Shown here: piece by piece, positions 10,907 through 22,900 of the stretch
Numbering within the stretch: the first letter of the stretch is position 1
Layout of the letters: each line of letters begins with the position of its first letter
Origin: Podarcis erhardii
Taxonomy: Eukaryota
Length of the DNA: 64,000 nucleotides
Reading direction: 5' to 3' (one strand)
Assembly (NCBI GenBank): GCA_964252035.1
Contig: OZ176203.1
Translations under genes and position numbers: made by a program
Notes under the pieces: generated by a model
What the model saw: the letters and a program-made list of their open reading frames with translations, nothing else
Told to the model about the DNA's origin: nothing
Databases searched by the model: none

Positions 10907-13900
10907 GTTGGTGTTTTACCAGTTGGGGGCCTTACAAGATCAGGGCTTGTAAATAGCCATTCACCTAGCAATCTGTCTTGAGTAAGAATCTCCTCCAGCA
11001 AAGAGGTAGGGAAAGTTTTACTAGGGTTACTAACTGCTGGTGGCAAGCACCAGCCTCAAAAAGCTGACTCCCCTGCTGTGATATGTATACATGCACAGTC
11101 CAAAAAAGCCAAGAAGTATGCTTTTTCTTGTGATTTATGCAAATTTGGTCAATTAAAACTCATTTAGTTAATCAGCTTTTTAAAAAATGGTTGGCAGCTC
11201 TAACTTCTAGGGATTACAGGAAAGTTTGTTGTTGTTTTGGCCGCAAAACACATGTGGAGGTAGGTTAGTAAAACTCCTTGTGGAATAGTAATCTCTGTGG
11301 ACCAAATAATATATATTGTGACTGTGTACACAGCAGAGTGTTGAGGCACACATAGGTCACACAGATCTGATTTTTTTCCCCTATCCACTTTTGTAGATGT
11401 TTCTTTGCACGCGAGCATTTTCAATTGAACAGTATCTCAGAGTTTCCCATACACACAGGTGGTTGGAGCTTAATGGGAAGCGCTGGGTGTTGTTTGTGCC
11501 TTTCGTTCAATTTGCACTTCCCAGCCTTCCCCATGTCCCGGAAATCTGAGGTCCATTTGGGGCATGTGCACAGGTATTTGTTTACTTGTGCACATGTTAT
11601 CTTTTTTTAAAAAAAAAAAAAAAACTTGAATTATCAGACTTGCACAAAACAGCAAGTTCAAAAACAAAAAAATCCCATCTGTGACACCTCGACCCACCAG
11701 CAACCCACTGAGATACGTTCCCCCAATGGCAATAGGATAGATGCGCTCAGAAAAACTTCACCATGCATGTGAAAAAACCTTTCCCACACATTGCACTTCA
11801 GTACATCTGCATTATCTGCAGAGTGGGGAAATTCAAATTTAATTGGATGAGGACAACATCGCATGAACGATACATAAATCATGCACATATGGGATGCATC
11901 AAATCCACTTCAGACTCCTATGTGTCCGCAACCCATGTTAAAGCTTTACCCTGTGCATGTCTACTCAGAAATAAGGCCCATTGAATTAAACGAGACTTAA
12001 CACCCAGGTAAGTGGGACGCGGGTGGCGCTGTGGGTTAAACCACAGAGCCTTGGGCTTGCCAATCAGAAGGTCAGCGGTTCGAATCCCCGTGACAGTGTG
12101 AGCTCCCGTTGTTTGGTCCCTGCTCCTGCCCACCTAGCAGTTCGAAAGCACGTCAAAGTGCAAGTAGATAAATAGGTACCGCTCTCGTGGGAAGGTAAAC
12201 GGTGTTTCCGTGCACTGCTCTGGTTTGTCAGAAGCGGCTTAGTCATGCTGGCCACATGACCCAGAAGCTGTACACCGGCTCCCTTGGCCAATAAAGCGAG
12301 ATGAGCGCCGTGTGCGAGATAACGATCTTGATAGCTTGATCGTTGAGCCGTGTACTCAGACAGCTTTACGATCTCAATCAGTCATTTGCAGCGTCCGGCA
12401 CGCTTCCTTCTAGCTGCGCACGTAAGTCTGCTGTCTCTTTGGCCACGGCTCAGCAGAGTGGCTTACAGCGGTGTAAAAACAGTCTTTTTCTCCCTTGCTC
12501 CATGCAAGCATACACAGACAGATCCGTCTATTTACAGCTTTTATTCAAACATTTGTCCATCACTGCTTGCAGCCATGTTAAAACATGTCCGTCTCTCTCA
12601 AGACACACAGAGAGAACAACAAGATACAGTCTCCTCCCAGACTCCTCCCAGCTTCTAAAGCTGACGTCGGAAAGTGACGCACAGTTCAGAACACTTAACC
12701 AGTTAAGTTCTGAACTCCCACACACCCCCTTGCGTCGCTTTCTGACAAAACCTGTGTAACATCTTCAGCAACACCCTGTGAGATCAATCCCTTCCCCAAT
12801 GCCTTGCGCCCTACCTTGGCGTACCTGTTGGGCATCTGTGGAATCACCTCACAACTCTCAGAATCGCACTGTGCGAAACTTACCCACGTACCTGTGGCCT
12901 GGTACCTCTCAGGTGGAATACCCTTGGTTGTGCGACTGGATCGCCTAGGCACAAACTCTGGTGTTTCCTCTGGCTCACTGTCACCAGCAGGTGTGTCCTC
13001 TGCATCACGGGTTTCCCCCTCTGACTTAAAGCGTCTTCGAATCCTCTCCATTACACTTACAGGAGAACTAGGCTCACTCTTGGGCTGTCCTCTCCTAACA
13101 ACTTGTGGAGACACCCCACCCTGCTCCTGACCCTGGTCAGTGACCTGGTCGTCATCAGCAGACTCAGCCTCTTCTTCCTCCTCACCAGAACTGTCCTCTG
13201 GATCAGAGAGACATTCTGAAAGAATATCACGCCTGACAGGAGTCTTTGACTTTACATCCTCCTGACAAAAATCAGCGTGTTTACTGATCAACACCTTACT
13301 CTGATCACCTGACGGATATGCAAATCTCCATGCACGAGCATCTGGCTCATACCCACAGAAGATCATTTTCTGGACTTTGGCTCCATCTGGCCCTTGCAAA
13401 GCCTTAGGCACAGGGACAACCGCAGGAGATCCAAACTTGCGCAGAAAGTGAACCTGGGGTTTGCGGCCATTTAACAACGAGTACGGTGTGTCACCTACCA
13501 GTGAGTTGTAGACACGATTCCAGGTAAATGACACACATCGGATTCCCTCCAGCCAAAACTTTGGAGGTAACCTGGCTTCTTTCAGCATCACCTGTCCAGC
13601 CTTAACCAGAGCTTCACTTCTCAGCTCTGCCACCCCCCTCTTACTGGGTGAAGTAACTGTGTGACGTATCCCTCTTCTGTGAAAGAACTGCTGCAAAGCA
13701 GAACCAGTGTACCTAGCATTTCTGTCACTGACGATTGCTTGAACCCTGGTGGAGAATCTCAGTTCCACCCCCTCAACCCAGCTCTTGATCAGCTGTGCTG
13801 CATCCTCCCTGGATTTGAGGCCGTGGGTCCAGGTGCTCTGCGAAAAATCATCCAAAAAAGTTAGCAGAAACCTGGCCCCTCCCAGACTTGGTTCCTTGAC

Positions 13901-16900
13901 AGGACTGGCCAAATCTATGTGAACCAGCTCAAAAGGTTTAGTGGTTACCCGTTCCACCTTTGGGTAACTGCACCCTTTCACCTTTGCTTGCTTGCAAGTG
14001 TCACAGTTAATGGCACTTCTGCAATCTCGAATCTTACAACCTGTGGAAACCTCGGGTAGAACCTGCAAGTCTTCTACAGAACCATGAATGGTTCTCCCAT
14101 GCCAAACACAAGCACATGACACATGAGCGGGAATTGTAGCACGCTGGTTGGGAACTGTAGCACGCTGCGCCTGTGCTCTCTCAACCTTCCCCTCACCCCC
14201 AAGAGACGTCTTAAGAATGAAAAGATCATTCTGCCCCTTCTTAACCGTGGCAAGTAACCTCCCTCCTCTGGAGATTGTGCAGACATCATTTTCAAAACAA
14301 ACTTTGAACCCCTTACTTAACAAATAAGGCACAGATAACAAACAATGATGCGCCTCCGGAACAATACAAAACTCCATCCTTTCCTGCAAAACAGAAAGGA
14401 AAACGTTAGTGACAGTTTTAATCTGGGTTCTCTGTCCATTTGCGAACATAACAGTTTGTCCGGCCGGAATTGCCGTGCAATTCCCCATCTTGACTGCAGA
14501 TGTCTCTGGAACCATGTTGCGGTTAGCTGTAGAGTCGATGACAAAGCTAAGCTTGGAATTTTCCACACAACTGTTCTCAAACAAGGCCATGCAGGCAGTT
14601 GTTTGAAAAGACTCTTCCTGTTGTTTACCACGACCACCTGGCTCAGTTCCACGCCTGCCTGTCTTCCCAGGCCTGTTGCCATGGAAACCCGCCTGGTTCC
14701 CATGAGAAGTGTCCTTGCAAACATCCTGCATCGGCTCTGTGCTCCGGTGGGGGCAGCTGCCATGCAGACGTTGTATTCCAGTGGAAAAACACTGCCCGGG
14801 GCTCCTCCCAGCTGGCCTGGCCTTCCTCCTTCTGGAACGGCACCTCCCACCAGCCTGGCCCCTGCTGAAGTTGCTCTCCGCTTCAGCAACAGTGGAAAGT
14901 TTCTTAAACTTGCCTTTGGAACTCTTCGCCCCCCCGATCTGCCCAACAGTGCTCCTTGAGACTGAAGTACCGGGAACTGGGGCCGCAGCCATCTTGGGGC
15001 TCTCCATTTCTTCTCCAGGGCCCTGGCCTCCTGCTGCAGTTTCACACAAACTTCGCAGCACCTTCCAGGCAGCCCCTGGTGTCTGTACACCTTCCAAATG
15101 GGGTCTCAGTGAAGCATCAACGCATGCTCTGAGCATATTCAGCTCTTGTTGCATTCTCTGCTTGCCATCTCCAGGCACCGCAGATTCACAGCCTGCTTCA
15201 GCTGGCTCTGACTGGCTTCCTTCCCAAAGCCCAGTGACCAAGAACCAACCCCTGACTCTTCTGCTCCAGGTTGCCCAACTTGTTAAAGTGAGCTTTTCCA
15301 CCGGCATATCCTGGCTCTCTGCCATTTTCTTCCCGTTCTCCCAAGGGGGCCCAAGCTTACTTACGATCAGGTACAGCTTCTCTGCCTCACCCTTCCGTGG
15401 AGAAACGACAGCAGCTGCGTCTCAGCTTTTAGCTCCAGCCAGCTCTCTGTATCTCAGCAGCAATCTTGCCTCTCGGAAGCAGGCAAAAACTCCCTCTGCT
15501 TCCCGGCATTAGGCTAGACTCAAGGAATGCAGCTTCCAACCTCCAGCTAGCTTCCGTGCCGACTTCAAAGCGTTCCTGGAGCTCACACCGACTGTTTTAC
15601 GAGCGTTTACTGACCCCCCATAACCTGTGCGAGATAACGATCTTGATAGCTTGATCGTTGAGCCGTGTACTCAGACAGCTTTACGATCTCAATCAGTCAT
15701 TTGCAGCGTCCGGCACGCTTCCTTCTAGCTGCGCACGTAAGTCTGCTGTCTCTTTGGCCACGGCTCAGCAGAGTGGCTTACAGCGGTGTAAAAACAGTCT
15801 TTTTCTCCCTTGCTCCATGCAAGCATACACAGACAGATCCGTCTATTTACAGCTTTTATTCAAACATTTGTCCATCACTGCTTGCAGCCATGTTAAAACA
15901 TGTCCGTCTCTCTCAAGACACACAGAGAGAACAACAAGATACAGTCTCCTCCCAGACTCCTCCCAGCTTCTAAAGCTGACGTCGGAAAGTGACGCACAGT
16001 TCAGAACACTTAACCAGTTAAGTTCTGAACTCCCACACGCCGCAACCCCAGAGTCGGTCACGACTGGACCTAATGGTCCCTTTACCTTTTTAAGTGTGAC
16101 AATTGTGTGTTTGTGTATTTCCTACAAAACCCATAGTGAGGTAAATTAATACAACTCTTTGTGTGTTTCTAAGACTTGTGGACTTAGGAAGTTGTACACT
16201 GTTTTAAAGCTTTAATTGATTAGCTATAATTTAGTAAAGAAGAAAAAAAAGATTAATTGTTGTTCTCCACCTTATATTTGCAAGGAAAGGACATTCTGTG
16301 AACAGTGGTCTTCTATAGGGCAGTCACTGCACTAAAGACCTCTTAGTCACATTTAACTAATCATGTGGATCTTAACCAGTCACTTGATTAATGAATTGCT
16401 ACAATTGGAACAGAAGGCATATGAATAAAACAATACTTCTGAAGAAAAACAGCATATATTAGCCCAGTTTCACATCACATTAAACTGTATTATAAAACAA
16501 ACTAGATTTTAATAGGAAGGAGGAGCGTGTTGCTTCACGCTGTTCAGAAGTTCTCGTGGCACTCTTGCCTGAGTCCTTGCTGCTACTGAGCCACAAACAA
16601 TACAAGCCAGAGTCTGGCTTGTCATGTTGTATGAATCTGAGCTGGTGCGGTTTCTTTCCCCAAAAACAAGTGACAGGTGGTAAGCCAAGAGCAAACCTTG
16701 GTCCCTGCTTGTGGTTTGTTTGGGGAAACAAACCGCACACTTGGGTTTCAACAGCATGACAAACCAGAATCTGACTTGCTTCATTCACAATGCAACAGCA
16801 GCAGGAGGGCGAGGAGGAAAAGCGCTGCGGGAACTTTTGAGCATCATCCACCAACATTCTGCTTGATCACATTAAACAATAGTTTATTTTAATCTGTGGT

Positions 16901-19900
16901 TTAATGTGATGTGCAAACCAGGCTGTTAGTTCTCAGCTTATGTATAGGCATTTCCTTCTGTGTGAGGGTGAAGTGGGATGCCTCTTCAAATATGGCACAG
17001 CCAAACACAGATTTTTCCACATTCTAGCTATTAAAATAATCTCCTTAAACGAATAAATAAACCAGTGCTGGGTCACCTCTTTAGTTGATCAAAACATTTT
17101 TATTCAGTTAATTTAACTCATTAATTAACTGAACACTGTCGCTCTAAAGGGCAAGGAAGAATATTCACATAATGCATTCCCAAAATTAGCATTCTTTTTG
17201 AAATACTAGCCATGATGGTAACAGAGTACCAAGCCCTGAAAATATAACTCTGTATTTAGTCCCAATTTATATTTATGAGTAAAATCTGTCCACTAGCAAG
17301 GAAAGCATATTGATATGATGGGGGTGTGTGTGTTTTTTGGGGGGGGACTTTTTAACAAAAAAGAAAAACCAAACTTTCTGAACAAAGAGAAAACTCTTTG
17401 AAATGAGAGGAATAATTTTGTTCATCACGTTCTTATCTAAAGAAGGGAAAAGAAAGAAAAAGTGATAGCCCTGAGCTGGAGTTGAACCCAACAAATTTGT
17501 AGAGGTTTGAATCTCTGCTTGTAGAGTTTCAGAGCTCGCCAGAAAGATATTTCATAGATGTACCGTATTTTTCACTCTATAACACGCACCCGCCCATAAC
17601 ACACACATAGTTTTTAGAGGAGGAAAATCCGTAGGCATGCCACCCGTAGGCATTCCCTCCATAACACGCACAGACATTTCCCCTTACTTTCTAGGAGGAA
17701 AAAAGTGAGTGTTATGGTGCAAAAAATACGGTAGCTTATTGGCTAGACATCCTGCTTCATGTACATGCAATGGTAAATGTGCAATTTGGATATAGAGCAG
17801 TCTTGAGGTTGACATGCTGCACTGTGATCTCAGACACTTCACTTAATCTTCTTTTAGCAGTTACCTGAGTAACTCAATTATATTCTCGAAGCTGGGGGTG
17901 GGACTGAGAGGGAAAATCAGCTAACAAACTTCTTAATGCACTTCTAATTACCCGGAATGCTTTGGGGGGGGGGGGGGAGAACAAGCAATCATTGCCTTTT
18001 CAAAAGGAAAGATGACAGAAATCTGCCTTGTACCAGGTCAGACCAGCTGACCTGGTACAAAGCAGTTTGGAGTTGTGCAGGATTGAGCCTAGAACCTTTT
18101 GAAAGCAAAGTTTACGCTCTAACACTGAGCCACACCCCTTCCTCAATGTTAAATGTAGTCCATTTGAATAACATTCCATAGCAGCACAGGATACTCGTTT
18201 TAGTATTTCATAATATTTTTTGCTTAGCTAATACCACCTCCAAAACACCTTGATGGTTAATAAATTGAAAGCTAAACTATTATAAGGGACATAAGAGAAG
18301 CCCTGCTGGATCAGACCAAGGATCTGTCCCATCATCCTGTTTCTGGGAAGACTATAAGCAGAACATGAAGGCAACATGATGACATTCTTACATTTTTATC
18401 ATATATAGAGAGATGGGCTTTAGCAAATGCTAGCCTTACTCAGAGCACGTCCGTAGAAATTAATGGACATGACTAATTTCAGTGGCTCTACACGGAAGAA
18501 GGAGGGACACGGGTGGCGCCGTGGGTTAAACCACAGAGCCTAGGACTTGCTGATCAGAAGGTCGGCGGTTCGAATCCCCGCGGCGGAGTGAGCTCCCGTT
18601 GCTCGGTCGCTGCTCCTGCCAACCTAGCAGTTTGAAAGCACGTCAAAGTGCAAGTAGATAAACAGGTACCACTCCGGCGGGAAGGTAAACGGCATTTCTG
18701 TGCGCTGCTCTGGTTCGCCAGAAGCAGCTTAGTCATGCTGGCCACATGACCCGGAAGCTGTATGCCGGCTCCCTCGGCCAATAAAGCGAGATGAGTGCCG
18801 CAACCCCAGAGTCAGTCATGACTGGACCTAATGGTCAGGGGTCTTTTTACCTTTACCTTTTACACAGAAGAAGACTCTCGGTTGTCACATTCCTCTTTAA
18901 ACTATACAGCATTTCTCTCACCCATATTATAGCAACTTCTTTTGTGGAAAATGTAGGATTGGTTGGTTGCCAGCTTGCAAGGGAAGGAGCTGAGGTAGAA
19001 CAAATGTTCACTTTATTCAACATCGTAACATATTTGATTCGCTTTCGCTGGGAGCTCCAACAGCTAAAACCATTTTGTAGATCTATCGATTACGGCTAAG
19101 CCAGCATTGGATACCACACTGTGATCCTTTTGTGAACTTCCTGTGCTCTTTTCTCCCCTTTATGGTTCCAATGAAAGATCCTCTTCCAGTTGGCCCCATG
19201 CCTACCCTGGCATGGAGCAGTCTGTTATTGGATTTTACTGGTGTTCAAGAATCTTCTCCAGATGCTTTCTTGCCATTGTAAGCAGCTCTGTGCTTTGCAA
19301 AAAGAAAAAAGAAATGAAAGAAAACCTGTGTACTGCAGCGATCTGCCTTCTGTGTGTTTAGGAAGGTAAACATTTGAACAAGTAAAGCTTTCGAGGTAGA
19401 ATGCATCTCCATTACAAGCATTCATTAGAACAATGGTTCTTGCATAAAATGTTACACCCAGCGAAGCAAAGCTATTTAAAATCAAATGTTTTCAGAGCTG
19501 CCAGAGGAGAATGCACCTGACTTTTCAAATCAATGTATGCTGCTTAGAGTTGAGAGGGAAGCGGAATCAATATTTTCTCCCCGCCTCCCCCTTTCCTTAC
19601 TACAGCCCTATAATAAAAGTCTATTTTTCAAAAGAAGCTTCCCTCATATTCCTAGCCTCCTGCGAAGGCCGTTGTGACTTGTTTGCTTTTAGTTAGGGCT
19701 GATTCACACAACTGTTCCCAGGGCATATGTTCCAACTGTTGCGATTATATATAAAAAATTGTCAGCCCAGATTGAATGAGGAGGTGATGAAGCTGTCATC
19801 TCAGTGGTTCACAGTGGACCATATGCCAATTTACTACATCACTGCAAAGGCTTCTAACAATCTGATCTGTGGCATACCCACCCAGAAGCAAGTACAGTGG

Positions 19901-22900
19901 CAGCTATAGTCCACGAATGGTGGCTGGGCTTGTTTTCTTGGGTCCCCCCCCCCCCAATGTAAAATCCAATTCCACTGCAACAATAAGAAGAAGGATTCAG
20001 CAAATGTATTACAGACACAGCAACTAAGAGATGTAGGCAAGCCCTAGACAACTTTCCCACAGCCTCCCACCCACTTTTGTCCTGTGCCAAACAAGCAAGC
20101 TCCATATAGTTCCATGTCGTGGGGTTGGCTTGCGAGGGTGAAAAATGGTCTGGGCTGTCACGTGTGCTGCAAAGTGTTCTACTTTTAAAGCCCTGCTTTC
20201 CTACCTCCTCTTCCTTCGGTTAGTGCTTGGGCTAAGCGGCAAAGCATCTCTTCCAGCCTCCCAGTACAGCTGTTGTGGCTCATGCACAGGCTGCAGAGAA
20301 GTACACCCCATTTTCATGGCCCTCTCCTGCACCCACCCTCCTGCTGCTCTAGAATGCCTGTTTCTGAGATGTTCTGCCCTGGGGCCGCCTCCTACCACCA
20401 GAGCAGGATTTGTCCCCTCAGGCTTACACCACTAGGGTGTAAGTCTCATTGTATACAGTGGGACTTACTTTGGAATAAACACACATAGTATTGTGCTGTC
20501 AGGAGTGGGTTCCAGCCCATGAACGCTTACACTACAATTAATGTTGTCAGTCTTTTAAGCTAATACAGGACTTCAGGAGAGTTCGCTCTTATTTAGGTAC
20601 TGTGTAAAGAGGGTGGATTCAAATAGGCTGATTTGGGGACTGCATTTGCTGACTTAGCTCCATTGACATCTGTGCAGCTCAGTGGAGTGTTATTAGCCTA
20701 GGTGGTCATTGGCTCATTTGTCCAGGGCAAATCCTTCCTCCATTTCATAGAATCATAGAATTGCTGAGTTATTTAAACAAATAAAAGATGCAGTGCTAGC
20801 TGCCAAGAGGCTAGAATTTAATTTCCAAGTGTTTTTGAACCTTCTGTTTGCTTTGCTTTATTTTTTATTTGCTGAAGTTTTTTTTTTTAAGGCTGTGGAT
20901 CTAAGCTGTGCAAATTATTTCTCTGTTATAATACTTGAGGCACCGTGTATGAAATTTTTTTATTATTTGCATTCTGTTTTGTGAATGTAATGAGGCTGCC
21001 TGCAGTTTTCCATCATGGCTAAAATTTCTATTAGGGAGAACACATATATTGATTTACTCCTACTCTTGCAGAGGAATTTGGTGGGAAGAAAGAACCCTTA
21101 AATCTACAATGCTGTGTACATTTACCTCTCAAGAAACCCTGTTGAACAGAGTGGGACATTCTTTTGAGCAAATATGCATAGGGTCAAGCTGTATAACTAC
21201 TCAGTCCCAGGCTTTGTGAAATATAGGAAGTGTGGCCCCCAATAAATTTATTTCACTGTTTTTCTTTGTAATATTTAAGTCAGGGATGGGGAACTTGTGA
21301 CCTTCCAGATGGATGTGGTTGGACTCCAGTTCCCATCAGCCCTAGGCAGCATGGCCACTGGCCAAGGATGATGTGAACTGTAGCTCAACAACATCTGAGG
21401 GGCCATATGTTCCCCACCTCTGATCTAAGGTATAAGATTTGCAATGGATTTGTGGTGGGGAATTTTTGTGTGTACACTTCCTACTGTAAGGGTGATGCTC
21501 GGGCACAACAAATGATGGATACCTAATTACCCCATGGTAGCTACTGACTAGGGACGCAGGTGGCGCTGTGGGTTAAACCACAGAGCCTAGGACTTGCTGA
21601 TCAGAAGGTCGGCGGTTCGAATCCCCGCGACGGGGTGAGCTCCTGTTGCTCGTTCCCTGCTCCTGCCAACCTAGCAGTTCGAAAGCACGTCAAAGTGGAT
21701 GAAATCTTGGATTGCCCGGGGTTGCCTGTACAGTGGTACCTCGGGTTAAGTACTTAATTCGTTCTGGAGGTCCGTACTTAACCTGAAACTATTCTTAACC
21801 TGAAGCACCACTTTAACTAATAGGGCCTCCTGCTGCTGCCGTGCTGCCGGAGCATGATTTCTGTTTTCATCCTGAAGCAAAGTTCTTAACCTGAAGCGTA
21901 TGTAACCCAAGGTACCACTGTATTGCTTCTCCCACCAGTGTCTACAGGGGCCATTCTAGCACGGAAAGAAACGAAGTGATCACACTGGCTCTGTATAATG
22001 TGTACCACGGGAGCAGTTTTTCAGTGGCCACCATGTTGCTGCGGTGACTGGGTGCATTTACCCAAGGCCACCCAATGAAATTCGTATCCAAAACAGTATG
22101 TGGGATACTGAGATCTATATGCCTGACACCATAGTCAGCACACAGCATAGGCTCTTGTCTGCATCTGGTCTACAGATGGCCAGGATATCAGTGCAGGTGG
22201 AAGATCCCCAAGCATGTGGGCTGCGGGGTTGTGATCTGCTGAGTTAGCACATCTGAACTCAGAAAGAGCCATGCACAGATGCACTCCTGAAAACATTGTT
22301 GTGCACATTCTCAACAGCCATCTCCGTTTCTAATTTTCATCCTCAGTCTTGGCAACAAATGCAAATCATGATGGTGCATAACGATTTTTTCCCTTGTGCC
22401 CCATCAATTTTTCTTATTCATGAGTGTGCCACAATTGGGCTGACCTATAAGTTTTGATGTGTCAGAAATAAAATGAAGAATGATAGTTTAGTAGTGTTGT
22501 GTGAAAATTAAGAAAGCATCTCAGCAGGGTATTCAAATAGCAGTTGATCACTACTTGCCATCTGTAGTGTTTGCATTGTGCTTTCTGTCGTGGTTTGCTG
22601 GTGACGAGAATGGAGGATATGGAGTTGTGCAGCACACAGCCCCCTGATATTCAAGACAGAGCGCAAAGTAAAAATGGCACTGAATCAAGAACTGTAGGCT
22701 AACTTCCAGTATATGATGCATTGTAATGCTCAAGACAGCTATTCGCTCATTAAAGTTGGCTTAATGTTATGAATTCCGTTTAATAGGTTGGCTGGGTTAT
22801 AATAAACATAATCCAAAACACTGGCCACTTTTTTGAGATGGAAATGGTGTGCTATAACATTTTCTCCATGGTAAGCATGGAGCATAAGAGCTTAAATGCT

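Larger units (their letters stand above)
12311..16037 (-). mobile_element. Ty1/copia-type LTR retroelement, 3727 bp, lacking RT/RNase H (non-autonomous), inserted in a Sauria SINE within a TMTC4 intron
   Basis: TG...CA 412-bp LTRs at both ends; TSD CGCCG at 12306-12310 and 16038-16042; domain order gag-PR-IN (copia order); copia-type PBS and PPT. Confidence 0.95.

Noticed and set aside
12014-12100. tRNA-like heads (A/B boxes, GGTTCGAATCC) here and at 5480, 18504, 21551, 43640, 1491, 52134
   Set aside because: They are the 5' ends of SINEs, followed by SINE bodies and tails; no complete cloverleaf.
14345-15512. Long antisense ORFs (14709-15512, 267 aa; 14345-14959, 204 aa) and the alternative-frame minus ORF 14317-15090
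   Set aside because: They overlap the copia polyprotein in a GC-rich region with few stops and show no recognisable domain; shadow ORFs.
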